Source of the DNA: Saccostrea cucullata
Lineage: Eukaryota
NCBI RefSeq assembly: GCF_032062105.1
Contig: NW_026929709.1
Span: 248,001-312,000 of the forward strand
Length of the DNA stretch: 64,000 bases
Direction of reading: 5' to 3'
Position 1 is the first letter of the stretch, and the number at the start of each line of letters is the position of its first letter. A program made the position numbers and the translations under genes. Below, piece by piece: positions 1 to 12,618 of this stretch. The notes under the pieces are model-generated. The model saw only the letters and a program-made list of their open reading frames with translations, was not told where the DNA came from and did not search any database.

Positions 1-477
1 GCACCATAAGAAATACTAGAGCAGCCTTCATTGTATTTTTTCTATTAAACTCCGACCACAGTGGTGTTGCTTTAAATTGCCGATGTATTTAAGTCTGTTG
101 AGGTGTCACAGATATGATCGTTTAAATATGCATACCCCGCACCAAATGTACAACTTATTGAGTAAATGTAATAACAGTTCACTTTTCGCTCCTTTATTTA
201 GAAACATTTGTGAAGAAATGAGGGTAAATGAATGAGGACTAAACAATTTTAACATGATTAGTTGGTAATTCTTGGGGAGGTCTCTGGAAGCTATGGAAGT
301 CTTATGAGAAAAAAAATCAAGGAGACTTTTCTAATTAACCTGTGCTGATATTAAGTCTCCTCCAAAGAGTGTATGTTAACTCCAAAAATTATTTTTTAAA
401 CTAAGAAAATAATCATTCTGTTTGAAAACTATAATTATAGATAGAAGTTTATACCCACTGTTTTCTTGAATGTATAT

Positions 478-784
478 GGCATGTGCGGATCTAGAGGGGG
501 GGGGGGCGTCAGAGGCGGACTTCTGGAATTTGCAGAGTTATTAAAAGTGACCTTGTAGTACCCCCTAGAAAACGCAGATCCGTGTAAAGTTGGTATGAAA
601 AGTCATATATAGTAATGAAGCCTTAGAAGTCAACGACTACCCTCCATCCTCCACGGCATAAGTTTTTAACGTTTGAGAAAGGAGTTAATTTTATTTTGTC
701 AAGAAATGTTTGGTTGGATTTATATTTTGAGTGGGGTGGACCCAAACCACCCATCTCCTGAAATCAAATTTGGATCCACGCCTG
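478..784. mobile_element. Small degenerate MITE with imperfect TIRs
   Basis: CATGTGCGGATCTAGA plus a G-run at the left end; TTTGGATCCACGCCTG at the right end is an imperfect inverted match. Confidence 0.4.
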
Positions 785-971
785 TACGATGAAGCTAAAC
801 TATTTATAGTGAACGAGAGGGATGTAAGCTCTAAAACGTTATGGTTTGGTAGTATCATCAAAGACTCGCATTTGGTTTAAAGAAAAAAATTATTAAAAAT
901 ATAATTCAAAACTGTGAGTTAAGTAGTAAAATCTATCCATCGTGTCTTTATTTTGTTTCCTGATCAACAAT

Positions 972-3900
972 TCACATTGCACTATTCACAGGAGATGTAA
1001 TATCGTTCTCTGTAGGATTGTTTGAAGTTTCTCCTGAGCCATCTGTATGCCTCTTCTTTTTCTTCTTTTTCTTCTTCTTTTTCTTGTTGTCTGATTCACA
1101 CTTTTTCTCATTTTTCTTTTTTCTTTTCTTTTTCTTTACCTTATATTCATCTTCTGCCGAAATTGGAGCAAGATGACTTCTTGGCGGTTTTGCTAAAGAC
1201 TGATCATTCTGAAGACTTGTTGACTTTTCATTAATCTCAAAAACTCTTTGAGAAGAATGAAGATGGCTCCATGACTGTGTTTTTGATACGTAATCATTCT
1301 GAGGACTTGATGAGCTTTCATTATTTATTTCAACTGTAGATTTGTCTGGTCTTGCCTGTGATACTTTTCTTTCCTATAAATAAGATAATCTCTCAGCAAG
1401 TTCCTGAACACTTCATTAAAGAAGGGAATAATTTTAGATTATCTTCTTGGTGCTAAATCTTTTATAACTTCAGGATTAATCTTACCCCTCCCCCATTCCC
1501 CCGTATACGAGTATTTTTAAAAATTAAAATACAGAGTTAAAAATGTCTTCTCATCGTCTTTATCTAACATTTATGCCCTGTTTCATATGATTTAAATTAT
1601 AGTGATGAAGCATCATTACATCCCAAATCTAGGAAGTATTTTGGTATCTTTCATTTTTGGATCTTGACCTTAAATGGGGCAATAGCGTTGTTATAAAAAT
1701 ATAATCAATATGTATCATAGTGTATTGAAAAACTTGCCTATTCTTGTGCTATTTTCAGTAGATTCAAACGAATTTACATCACGTAAACGTAAAATGATTC
1801 AGACTTGCAAAATATTTAAGTAATCAGAATTCTGAGCAGATATACATACAGGAGCGTTGGAGCAAGGCTTTCTTTTTTTGATCACAACCAGAGCAACAAC
1901 TGCAACCACTAAAGCCACCAGTCCAACAGAAAGCCCAACAATGAGACCGACATCTTCTGTTTCTTCCTGTGGCTTGTTATCTTCAGGATCTAGGTCTGTG
2001 TTGTTTGTAGCTGGAGTTGTCCCAGTTGTTGTCTCTGTGACCACTGTTGTCGTGGTGTCTTCCTCTGTTGTGACTATTACTGTGGTGGGGATACAGGCTG
2101 GATTCTCCTCCGTAGGGGGACAATTCAGGGAAAGTGTATCGCTAGAGTTCACTGTCAAAACATAAGATTGTCAAACTGTAATTCACAAGGGCCGTTCAAA
2201 AAAACCCCGCGCAGTCTGCTATCATTTACTCTAGCAGACGCCATAAAAGTTATAGTAAAATTATAGTTATGAAACTCAATATATTTTAAAGGTTCCAATA
2301 AAGTTTGGGCAACATTTTTGGATACTCAAAAATTTCTCCAAAGATTATCGCTATTTTGATATCGCTGATGGAAAGGTACGGAGCAGGACAAAAAATTGAA
2401 ACAAAAAGATGCGTAATCCAAAATTTTACGCATTTATTTTTCTATAATTTGAGATATTTTTCACAATTTTTTTCAAATATATATTTATTATCTTATCTTT
2501 TTTCATGAATTTAGATTTCTGACATATTATTTGAAGTACTAAAAGAAATATGGTGATTTTTTTCTGCGATGCGATTCTTGTGAAAACAACTGCAAAAATG
2601 ACGATTCCTTAATTGACTGAGCACCACATTTTTGTCAAATTATGTGTAATGCTGGAGAAATCGCCAACAAAGATCCAAAATATGCGCGATAAAACATGTA
2701 GTAAACCAGTGTATTTCCGACATTTGTCTACAAAATTTGTCAAGAAAAGAAATAACAAACTGGAATTTCAGACGGTTAGTCCCTATGCGGGAGGGGACGG
2801 GCAGTTCATCGACAAAAACTTTACATGGACTGTATCCCATTAATACCGGCAGTTTTCGGGTTTAAAACAAAGAAATATGCTATACTTGGTTTCAGCTTGA
2901 CAAGAAATTGTATATGGATGTTTATGTTGAGTAGAAAAGGTACAGGTAACTACAGTGTACATGTTATTTGTACAGAATCGAACACTAGAGGAAACGTTGA
3001 GAAAATAAAATATTACAATTTTTTAAAGATTTAACTGCATCGAGACTTAATTTTATTTCCTGTTAAATCCCTCAAAATTGGTATCAATACGTATATAATA
3101 TGCATATAATTAAAGATGCTTTATATAATGTGCGACATTTTGCCCGATTAACGAGGCTAGGGGGTGGCAGCCATTTTTAGACTATTTCAATCTCCTTTAA
3201 AAGGAGAGCTCCATATAAAGATATACAAAATGATAAAATTTTAAAACTAAAATATATGAATTTTTTCTTTGCCAAATGATAGTTGACAGCTAAATATACC
3301 ATATCTAAAAAAATAAGTTAAATCTGGTGGTTAAATTAAGATTAAATTTTTGACCCGCCAGCCTCCTTAAGTCAAATATTTTTTTCTGTGCAACAAGTCC
3401 GCGTAATTTTTGAAAGGCTCTCGTAAATGTCAAAATAGCCATACATGATGGAATGGTTAATTTACTTTTTAAGAAAAAAGAACGCTGCATCATCGTTACT
3501 AAAAACTAGGTTTTGAAAATGTTTACTGTTTAGATTGTATGACGACTGATTGTTTACAGTTCAACAGATTAGAATTAGTCAGAGTTTGTTACCAGCAGTT
3601 GGCTGTATCCAAAGGAACCCTCCGTCAAAGTTGTAAGAATTGGTAAATTTTACAATAATATGGTTAGAAAGACTTGTGTAAAAGTTTGTATTTTGTGTAA
3701 AATCCGTATTGTGACTGCAGTCAAAATTATTTATCTCTGCATTCTCCGTATCATTAATTGATATTCTCTGTAAACAATGGCTCCCATTAGAAAACAATCT
3801 CAGATCTTTAGCAGTAATCCTTATTTGTCCATCACATTCTGATGTTTCAATGGAACACTCAAGACTTGTTACGGCTGCAGGTATCCCTGGGGAAGATTCG

Positions 3901-6900
3901 TAATCTTGCAACACAACATGAACATCAGTAAGACCCGTCTTAGAAACAGATTCCGAACTTGACAGAGTAAGGAACTGTTCATCTGAAATATAAACGGCTA
4001 TTTTTAACAGTAGTAAATGCATAAGACTTAGTATATAATTTGTGGATCCTTCTCCTCGATTAAGTTTCTTAAAACATAAAATCTTACTACAAAAAAATAT
4101 AGACGTCGCGCACGGTGTTGGTGTCAGTTTCAGTAACGTCAAAATGACGTTATTTTACGTGAAGTTCTAGAAAATTTATTTGACGTGACTTATTTGCTAA
4201 CATTTTTTATGGAGGAAAAATAAAAACCCAGTAATGCGGCCAATTATATAATGCAGGTAATTGAAAACACGTGTCATTAAATTCTCTGCACCCTTTTGCA
4301 TGCATATTGCGGGAGGAAAATATGAGCATGGTTTGCCTCATTTGAAAAAAAAACTTGTTAGAAATAACGAAACTTGTTCAACATCGCATTTTAAATTTTC
4401 ATGATTCTTATTTTATTGAGATAAATTTAAAAAAATTCCATATCAGTAGGGCCCTAGAGCCTGTCCTTTGTTTTCAGTAAATTGTACGATTGAAGATATT
4501 TTGCTGATTTAGCATTGAAATATTTATTTTTGTTCAAAGTCCCATCCCATCTTGTAATGAAAATCTGATACATTTGTACTCACCTGCGACAACCCCTAAC
4601 CCTTATTCAATATTGGACTGGCTATTCAATGTAAACGCGCCATGTACAGAACATTTTATACCAGCACAAAATGGAGTTGACACGCTTTACTGTGAGTTAA
4701 TTCAAATTTAAAAATCATATTCTTGCATAAATTTTGGTTTGTATTTTTTTTTTCTCGTGTCTTAATTCGAACTCTGAATGGTACTTTTGTACAGATTCTG
4801 ACAAGAATTTATAAATACCGATACAGTGTACAAGTATACACTGCACATGTTTTACTTTCATATATAAATGCAACTTTTAAAACTTTAAAATATTTTTCTA
4901 ATTAATCATTATTGGTATGTTTTTCTTTTATCCATATCAGACTTATCAGCAATTAAGAGTAAGTTTTTGGAGAGAGAAAAAAATATTTTGACGCTTTACA
5001 TGACGTTTATGCATTGAACCTAATAAAACGCCAAATTTTTACGTCTGTGACATTTATGTTGACATTTAAATTTTGTTAGGATTTTGTCACCATTCTACTG
5101 AAATTATTTTGGAATATACCAAAAACCTTTTGAAAAGATGCACAATTCATAAAAATCCTTTAATTTTCAATATGTCGATTTTCAATGACCACACATATGA
5201 TCAATTTTACCACATTTATACAATTATAGTAATATTTATTACTTTTGGACAATGTGTGACATTTATGTTGACATTGTAAAAAGTCTATAAAACAAACACT
5301 TCTTCATAGTATCAATTCATTTTCATATCTAGATAAATTTTTGATTTTGCACATTTTGTATTAAACGTTGTTTGGTGCCAAATTATAAAAATGAATTTTT
5401 AAAATGTAGATCATTTCTGGGGTGTAGCATTTAAACGCAACGTTTCTGTCGTCAAATTCACTTGTGACGTATAGCTACATGTAGTACATATATGTAATAC
5501 GGCAATTGTTATTAAAATTTAAGGCACCGCTAGTTAAAATTCTGTCTATAGATCTTTTCCTTAATAACATGGCAACATTTTGTAGAATTTAAAATAATTT
5601 CTAACATCAAATTTTCATCCAGCATTACAAAATTTGCCATTTTACGAATCTTAAAAACTTTGCGACATTGAACCTCCAAACTTTGTGACACACCATTTTA
5701 GTCAATGTCCCCACAATAAATCGGCTTAATATGAGAAACCTAACATACATATCGACACAAAATATCAGTTTAATTTAAAATATAGTTCCTAGCACACAAA
5801 AAGGATAATTGACATGCCATTTCAAAATTGATTTTGCTCATGAAATTATTTTTTTTTAAGTTACCGATGACATTTCTTGTTCCTTCAAAATTTCTTCAGA
5901 TAACGCATATCTACATCGCTGTCTTGCATTTTGAACAACGCTTTCACGGCATTCGGATTGAACAAAATCACAATTGTAAAACTTTACATCAGTTACATCA
6001 TATTTTGAACTTTTCTGCTAAATTTTATGTTTGTATTGTTTGTTTTATGGAAATTATCAACATTTAGTTATTGCGTGTGCGACGCTCCTGTTTCCTGTCT
6101 ACATGCGTTTTTGACGTAATTGATTGAATAGTCGAATTAATATATTTGATAATTGAAATTTTTTTATCAATATTTTTGTTAAAATATATTTAGTATACAA
6201 TTACCGACCGAATGATATATAGTTTTCATATACTGAATTGTTTTAAAATTATGGAAATAGCGCATATGCCGCCGTAATAGTAATCATTGACTTTTTGACA
6301 CCAACACCGTGCGCGACGTCATACTATATTTTTAATTTGAACGACAGTTTTGTCTGAATTTCTGAGGTTACATCGATAAACTTTGATATTTCAATAAAAG
6401 TCGGAAGTACCAGTATGCAATATTTAAAGATCGAATGTGAATGAAAATAGAGTTTGCTTGTCTTAATAAACTGGCCAAATTACACATGAGAGATAAATAA
6501 AACATGAAAACTAGCCTGTCCTATACTGGCCTTGTGACACGTCAAGGCATACTTTAAATCAACTTTTATTCGCGACGACTTTATTTCGAAATTTACCGGG
6601 CATAAACTAGTTCGCTACAATTAATTTTCGTGATGGTCTTTTATGATCTGTTGTTAAATAGAAAGAGAAACTTTAAGGATCGGTTCGCGGCGAGAAATGT
6701 TCACGATGATGAGGCTCTCTCGCGAACTTCGCAAACTTAATTGCAAGCAAATAAAAGATGGGTTACAGTATATATCAAACATGAAAATTAGCCTGTCCTT
6801 CTTTGCCCTTATGACATGTTAAGGCATATACTGAATATGAAAACTAACTTTTCCTTTATTGGCCTTGTGACATGTCAAGGCACATATAAAACATGAAAAC

Positions 6901-7888
6901 TAGCTCCCCTGCCCTCTCTCTCTCTTCAAAACATACATTTCATACATTTTTAAAATATATGTACTCCTACATAGATAAATATGATCTTGACATACCTTTA
7001 TAACACTGGTACTTGAGCTCTAGTACAGTAGTGGTGGAATGATACAGAGTCTGATTACAAAAAACAACTGGACCGGTAGTGGTAGCCTGAACTATAGAGT
7101 GACTTATACACATTTCCCGACCCATACAGTTCTTATGATATACGTAGGTAATCGAATCATTCAGGGTGTTCCGATAAAAGTTAAGACAAGCACTGTCGGT
7201 GTGGTTACAACACATGGACTCCAGCGTAGAGTTAGTACCTTTGACTATGTAATTAGGACAACCCGTTGCCTTAGCAAGAGCCCCAACTTTGACGTGTATT
7301 GGGAACATTTTGTGGTTTGGGGGGCATGATTCGTCCATCACCCACCCTGCTCCATAACATCTGAATGCATAGAGATCAGCTTGTCCTGTTCAAATATAAA
7401 ACCAAATTTCTATCTTAGGCTGTCATACAGGTTATCTCAAATAAAAAGTTTTCTAGCGTATCCTCTATCGGGAAAGATGAAATAATAGGCAATCGAGATT
7501 ATGAGTAATTGTGTCATTCTGCAAAGGATTTCATGAATAATCATCGAAATCTGTATTTTACTTAATTAAATAGCTCTAAAATTTGAATTTTACTAAATTT
7601 CCTTTGCTAGAAGTGATATTTTTGGAGATTTCATATGGCAATCACGTGAACTTACCCCTTAATATCACGAAAAGCAAAATTACACGTGTCTAATTACTGG
7701 TACTTAAGACTATTCCATTATACAAGAGAAGAGCAACAACTTGATAGTAAACTTCACTAAATAATAAATAAATTATAGTTTTGAAAGTATCTTATGTATG
7801 AGAAGTATTTGTAGATATTACATTATGAATACGTACCATAAATGAAATATATGCATTGTAGGATAAATAGAAATCCCGTAAACTGCAT
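972..7888 (-). CDS. Gene A: type I membrane protein (signal peptide, SUEL/Gal-lectin-like domain, CUB-like domain, Thr-rich stalk, TM, Lys-rich tail), about 511 aa, 5 exons
   Basis: Exons 7888-7837 (MQFTGFLFILQCIYFIYG), 7385-6996 (CYGAGW...MCC...CMGREMC...YQCYK), 3982-3593 (LECSIE...DLRL...DGGFLWIQP), 2151-1850 (Thr-rich stalk, TM VGLIVGLSVGLVALVVAVVALVVI, KKRK) and 1373-972 (poly-K, stop TGA). All introns are GT-AG with phases 1,1,1,0, giving 1536 nt of open frame. Confidence 0.85.
2613..2843 (+). pseudogene. Remnant of a mariner transposase N-terminal HTH
   Basis: EHHIFVKLCVMLEKSPTKI resembles the mariner EQRxxIKFxxxxGKSxTE motif, and also EQRAVIKFIVEIGKSPT at about 14300. Confidence 0.5.
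3148..3370. mobile_element. About 220-bp TTAA-flanked MITE (Kolobok/piggyBac-type target), copy 1
   Basis: TTAA-CGAGGCTAG...CCAGCCTCC-TTAA; the interior closely matches 50591-50819. Confidence 0.75.
4102..6320. mobile_element. About 2.2-kb non-autonomous DNA transposon in intron 2 of gene A
   Basis: Perfect 25-bp inverted repeats GACGTCGCGCACGGTGTTGGTGTCA at 4102-4126 and 6296-6320; no transposase ORF inside. Confidence 0.75.
6500..6905. repeat. About 55-60-bp tandem repeat interrupted by a TA-flanked MITE (about 6550-6770)
   Basis: Variants of AAACATGAAAACTAGCCTGTCC...GGCCTTGTGACATGTCAAGGCA at about 6500, 6778, 6836 and 6889; the insert has imperfect TIRs TACTTTAAATCAACTTTTATT / AATAAAAGATGGGTTACAGTA. 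Confidence 0.6.
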
Positions 7889-9716
7889 GTTACGATTCGT
7901 TCGTTTTCGTTTCCAACTACCACATGTTAGCTTCGCACGTTGTTAAGGTCACGTAAGGAATTTAAATCTCACATTGTAGACATTCACAGCAAATAATAGA
8001 TCAATTATACCAGCAGGTTTGCTTATAATTCATCGAACAACTGCATATACACGACCATACAACTCAGACTGCATAAAACATGAACAAGAGAGAGAGAAAG
8101 AGAAAGAAAGACAGAGATTTTTTCTCAGGACACCCCCCTCCCCCAGAATTTTAATTTGGCTTTTTCTGCATTGAAATTGTAGGGAAAATTATATGATTTT
8201 AAAAAATATAATAATTGTTTTTCTTGTAAAATTATATCTAGTAAACGATTTTGAAAATAAAGAATACGATTAAACATGCTGAGAGAGCTTTTTGTAATGA
8301 AACAGCCAGGAACAATTTTTTCAAGACATTTATCTGATAGAATGTCAAGGAAGTGTATTCCTTATACAAAAAAGCAATTCAAATGATCGTTTGTAGTCAA
8401 TTTAAACCTCCGTCGTAAACATTGTCAAGTATGCGTAACCCTATTGCATTCCACTCGGGCTATCAATAACGACCTTATTAGGGACAATGTGAAGGTTTAT
8501 ATATTTTATTTGAGTATTTTTGTGGGTACACTGTACCTTCTTTTGTATGCTGGAAATTTGAGGACACGTTAAATTGCAAACAAATGCCGTAAAAATTATC
8601 AGATTATCTGCAAGAAATCTTTATAAAGGACGCAGACAATTTGAAATTGTAAATACTTTATTTATTTGAATTAACATTCAAAATGTAATTTTTTTTATCA
8701 GAACATTCTTTAAATGTACGTCCTTCTTCAATCTTTCCATTTTATGATGAAAAGAAATCTTAACCTTTACAGCCCCTTCAAATACTCAGTTAATAGCTGA
8801 TGGAATAAAATACATATGTTATAAACACTATTTCTTATCTCAAAAAAAAAACTCTTTAAAATTCAATATGACGAGTAATGCTCTTCTAGAATATAAAACA
8901 TTTGAGATGCTTAATGCAAATACTTTTTGTCATTCTTCTTTCAATTTATCATAAATATTAGCACTATTTTAATACCATTCAGAAAATTGACTGTTCTTGA
9001 GTGGCACATTAAAAAAAAAGATGATTGTAATCCATATTTAATAATATTGATTTAAATATTGTTTAAATCAATATTGAATAAAACAGATCAATTTATTATA
9101 ATAAAATGGCAGTGTTTAATTAAGGCAGAAAAGTTCAGTAAACACTAAAACGAGAATTATCTGTGCCTTCGATTTCAATTTCCTTAACCAGGTTGGTATC
9201 AAAATTGATTGGTATGTGTTTAAACAGCAGCGTCTCGAAGAGATTAATTTATGTGTCATTATTGAAACAGATATAATATAAATTATGAAAATTTCAAAAT
9301 GACAAAAAAGAGAAGGTACTGATTATACAAGAACGATACCGTGTCTTCAGACATGATGGGTGTAACATTTTCTTGTTTGACACAAGGTTGGAGTAATATT
9401 TAAAAACACGAGTATAGACTGAACATTCGTACATACTCTTTTTTATTCCGTAAGTAGGAAAAGCATTTGCGTTGTCAGTATTTGTTTATACTAATGATGA
9501 AAAATTAACCTGCCACACAATTAAATGTATATACCTGAACTTATTTCTCATACAGAGAATAGATTAGAGATGTTTGGCAAATGAAAATATTATCATGTTT
9601 TAATAAGTTCTATAGGATATATCTTATATTATAAATAACGTTTTCAGTGGAAAATTGGGTGTTGGGATATTTATTACATTAAGACTTTTAAAGATAAAAG
9701 AATTTTTTTTACTGAC

Positions 9717-11526
9717 CATTGTGGTATTTTTCTTCGGTTTGATTACAAAACATGTTCAACTTTATCCTGGCATTTGATGAATCTAAATGATAAAGGTAAT
9801 TTACATTATTGCAGAATTGCAGACTTGTAATCAAATGATAAATCTGCAATCTTAATAAAGTGTAATAAAAACAATTTTAAAAAAATACTACTCACAATTA
9901 TATCCGATCCAAAATCTTCCGGATCCATTGAAGTGGATTAGATGTGACACTGTTAAATTTTCTATACCTTGCCATGGATGACGAATCTCACAAATGTTAC
10001 TACATGTATTATTGTCTTCGATTGACATTCGAGAAACATGACCAGAAAATCGGACATCAATTACAGTCAACTGAAGGAGGGGTACGGAATATGTATCAGT
10101 GGAAATTTGGCACCAAATATTCCGAGAAGGCTGAAACTTTTGAAGGAAGTTCTCACTCTGAAGATAAACTCTTTTGAATCCTTGTAAAACAGTGAGATTT
10201 TCAACTTGTGGAATGAAAATTATGTCTTCTATAATAAATTAAAAAAAACCAAATCAAAGGCATTTATATCACAGATATGAAATTACATTTTGCTATTGTG
10301 TTTAAGGATATTTGGTATATTCAACGTATTGAAAAATTGTATATGAACCACAGGCCTTTAGGTCGCTTAGAAATAAAATTGAGGTGTTAAAAAAATAAAG
10401 GTATTGAATTCTTTTCATAGGGTACCTACTTTCGCCAATAAAATTCTTTTCAATTAAACGCTTTACAAATTTACTTTCTATCCATATCTATTCATATATA
10501 AACATGCAATCTTCATTACTACCAAAGTTCATTCCGTAATTCCTTATACTTCTCGAGATATTCTGAAATCAATTCCAAAATTGACCTTAATCATTTTACT
10601 CGACATCAGCTTGGGGCTTTGAAGAGCTACAGTTATTGCTAAGCGGGATCGACGGGACAAATATTCCCCGGAATGAATTTGTTCTAGTTTTATCCATGTA
10701 CATAGGTATCTTACTCAGTAGTTTTTTAGCATGTCAGATTATTTTGGGAAGTTGACTCTCTCACGGTTTGGTCAGTCTAGGGTCTTTTAAATTTTATTTG
10801 TTTTACTTGCTTGTCGTATATATTGAGTGGAGGCCCCCTAACTTTTAATGGTAAATAGAAAATAATCATTCACAGTATTCAAGGCTCTCTTTCTTTCTCC
10901 ATCACCCCTTCTTCTTTGATTAATCTTTTTTTTTGAATGCCTTATCTCTTTCAGAAATAAAATTTTATAACTGGTAATAATACCTTACGTTTTATACAAT
11001 AATATTCAATCCTGACGGTATCATATAACGTCGAGTTCTGTATTGATAAATTATGTTGACATATTCCTATGTTTCCATTGCAATGTTGCATAAAGAGAAG
11101 ATCATGCTGATACGAAATCGACAAAGCATAACCATCGCCGTGGTTTCCCTGGAGACAACTCTGGCCGTACGTTCTGTTAGACAAGACTTTTACAGAGGAA
11201 ACTGCTATGGTGTCATTATGTGGCTCGGTACAATTTAGAACAACTGTTTGTGTGGTTGGCCCATTATTGAAACAAACCATTTTCATATAAGGTATTTCTG
11301 GTAGTTGGTTTTGTAACATCAGATCAACTACAAGTAATCATAAAGAAATAAGAAATTTTATAGAAGCAAGCATAGTAGAACAGTCTTTGTTCAACCAAAA
11401 AACGAGTACACACGAGTTTACTATAATACCTGGACATGTATATTGACAAACATATATTCTAATCATTTTCAATAAATTGTTTCACTCACCAAGTGAATAT
11501 ATTAATATGATGTACCGGATATCCAT
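9717..11526 (-). CDS. Gene B: paralogue with signal, lectin-like, CUB-like and short linker exons; 3' end (TM/tail) not found
   Basis: Exons 11526-11490 (MDIRYIILIYSLG), 11327-10989 (LPEIPY...IAVSSV...HCNG...YYCIK), 10228-9896 (VYLQSENF...WCQI...VIDV...GRFWIGYN) and 9782-9717 (SSNARIKLNMFC...). GT-AG introns, all phase 1. Confidence 0.72.
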
Positions 11527-12182
11527 TCCTCCATTTGCTACAGATTTATTGAAAAAAGTTTATATCTTCAGTGCGCTTAAATCTATAAATCTTTATCAAA
11601 CAGTTTCTGATAAAGGAAGTGTTTGAAATCTTCAAGTTTAAAAAAGATAACGAAGAAATTTCTGTCCTAGGTGTAGATAAATCGATGACCTTTACATATG
11701 AATCGTGTTGCCGCTGGAGATACTTTAAATTCCAGAATTGTTAAACACAATTCATTGAACATATGAAATTTTAGGAAATGTGAAGATGAAAAATGAACCC
11801 GAAAATCACAAAATAAAAACAGCTTTTTCGTAGACAATACAAATACTGAAGTGAATTCCTTTCGTTTTTGGTATAGAGTGAGTACTTGTTTGACAATCTA
11901 TAAACTCTGGATCTTCCTCTCAGTCCTTTTCTTAAATCCACAAGTGTGTCGAATTTCGGAAAGCGTGCGGCCCTTGCAAACAATGAAAAAAGTCTTTTGA
12001 TATCAATAATTATACATGAAGTAAATATTGACCTGGAGCTGCAAGTAAAAAATAATGCAATTGCTGATATCATCAACTTAACATAACCTATTTGATTTGA
12101 ATTAGTAATGTCACGTATATACCTAAGAGGAAAATGATAAATTACGTTTAGCTATTCAAAGAAGTTTGAATAGTTATATCTA

Positions 12183-12576
12183 CGAGTGTTGTCCGTAAAG
12201 TTCGTGGACAGGCTTACATTTAAATGAAAGTTGTGTCATTGATATTTATTGTGACATGACCCGGTGAGTTTTCTTTTGAAGTCAAGCATACTGTAACTGC
12301 GATACAGAACACTTTTTGTGGGCGTTTCTTATGCAAATGAGCAGAAACTGTACTGTATCTGCAAAATATCAACGATACAGTACGGTTTATATTTAGCGAT
12401 GACGGAAAGCTGTATCCATGTACAGACATACCAATCGTTCAATTCGCCATAGAACTGTTAGTATTTACTCAAAAATTGAGGTGAATTAAGAATAAAATTT
12501 TACAACGTAAAGGTATTATTGTCGGATTCAAAAATTTTAGAAAGGAGGGAGTAGGGCAGTTAACAAATTATTACTT

Positions 12577-12618
<42 letters not shown>

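Noticed and set aside
1022-1234. Phe/Ser-rich ORFs (also 1857-2165, 23139-23324 and 51418-51750)
   Set aside because: Antisense shadows of the poly-Lys or Thr-rich exons.
12579-12607. Long poly-C run (and poly-G at about 46431-46448)
   Set aside because: Simple homopolymers within degenerate repeat sequence; no evidence of function.
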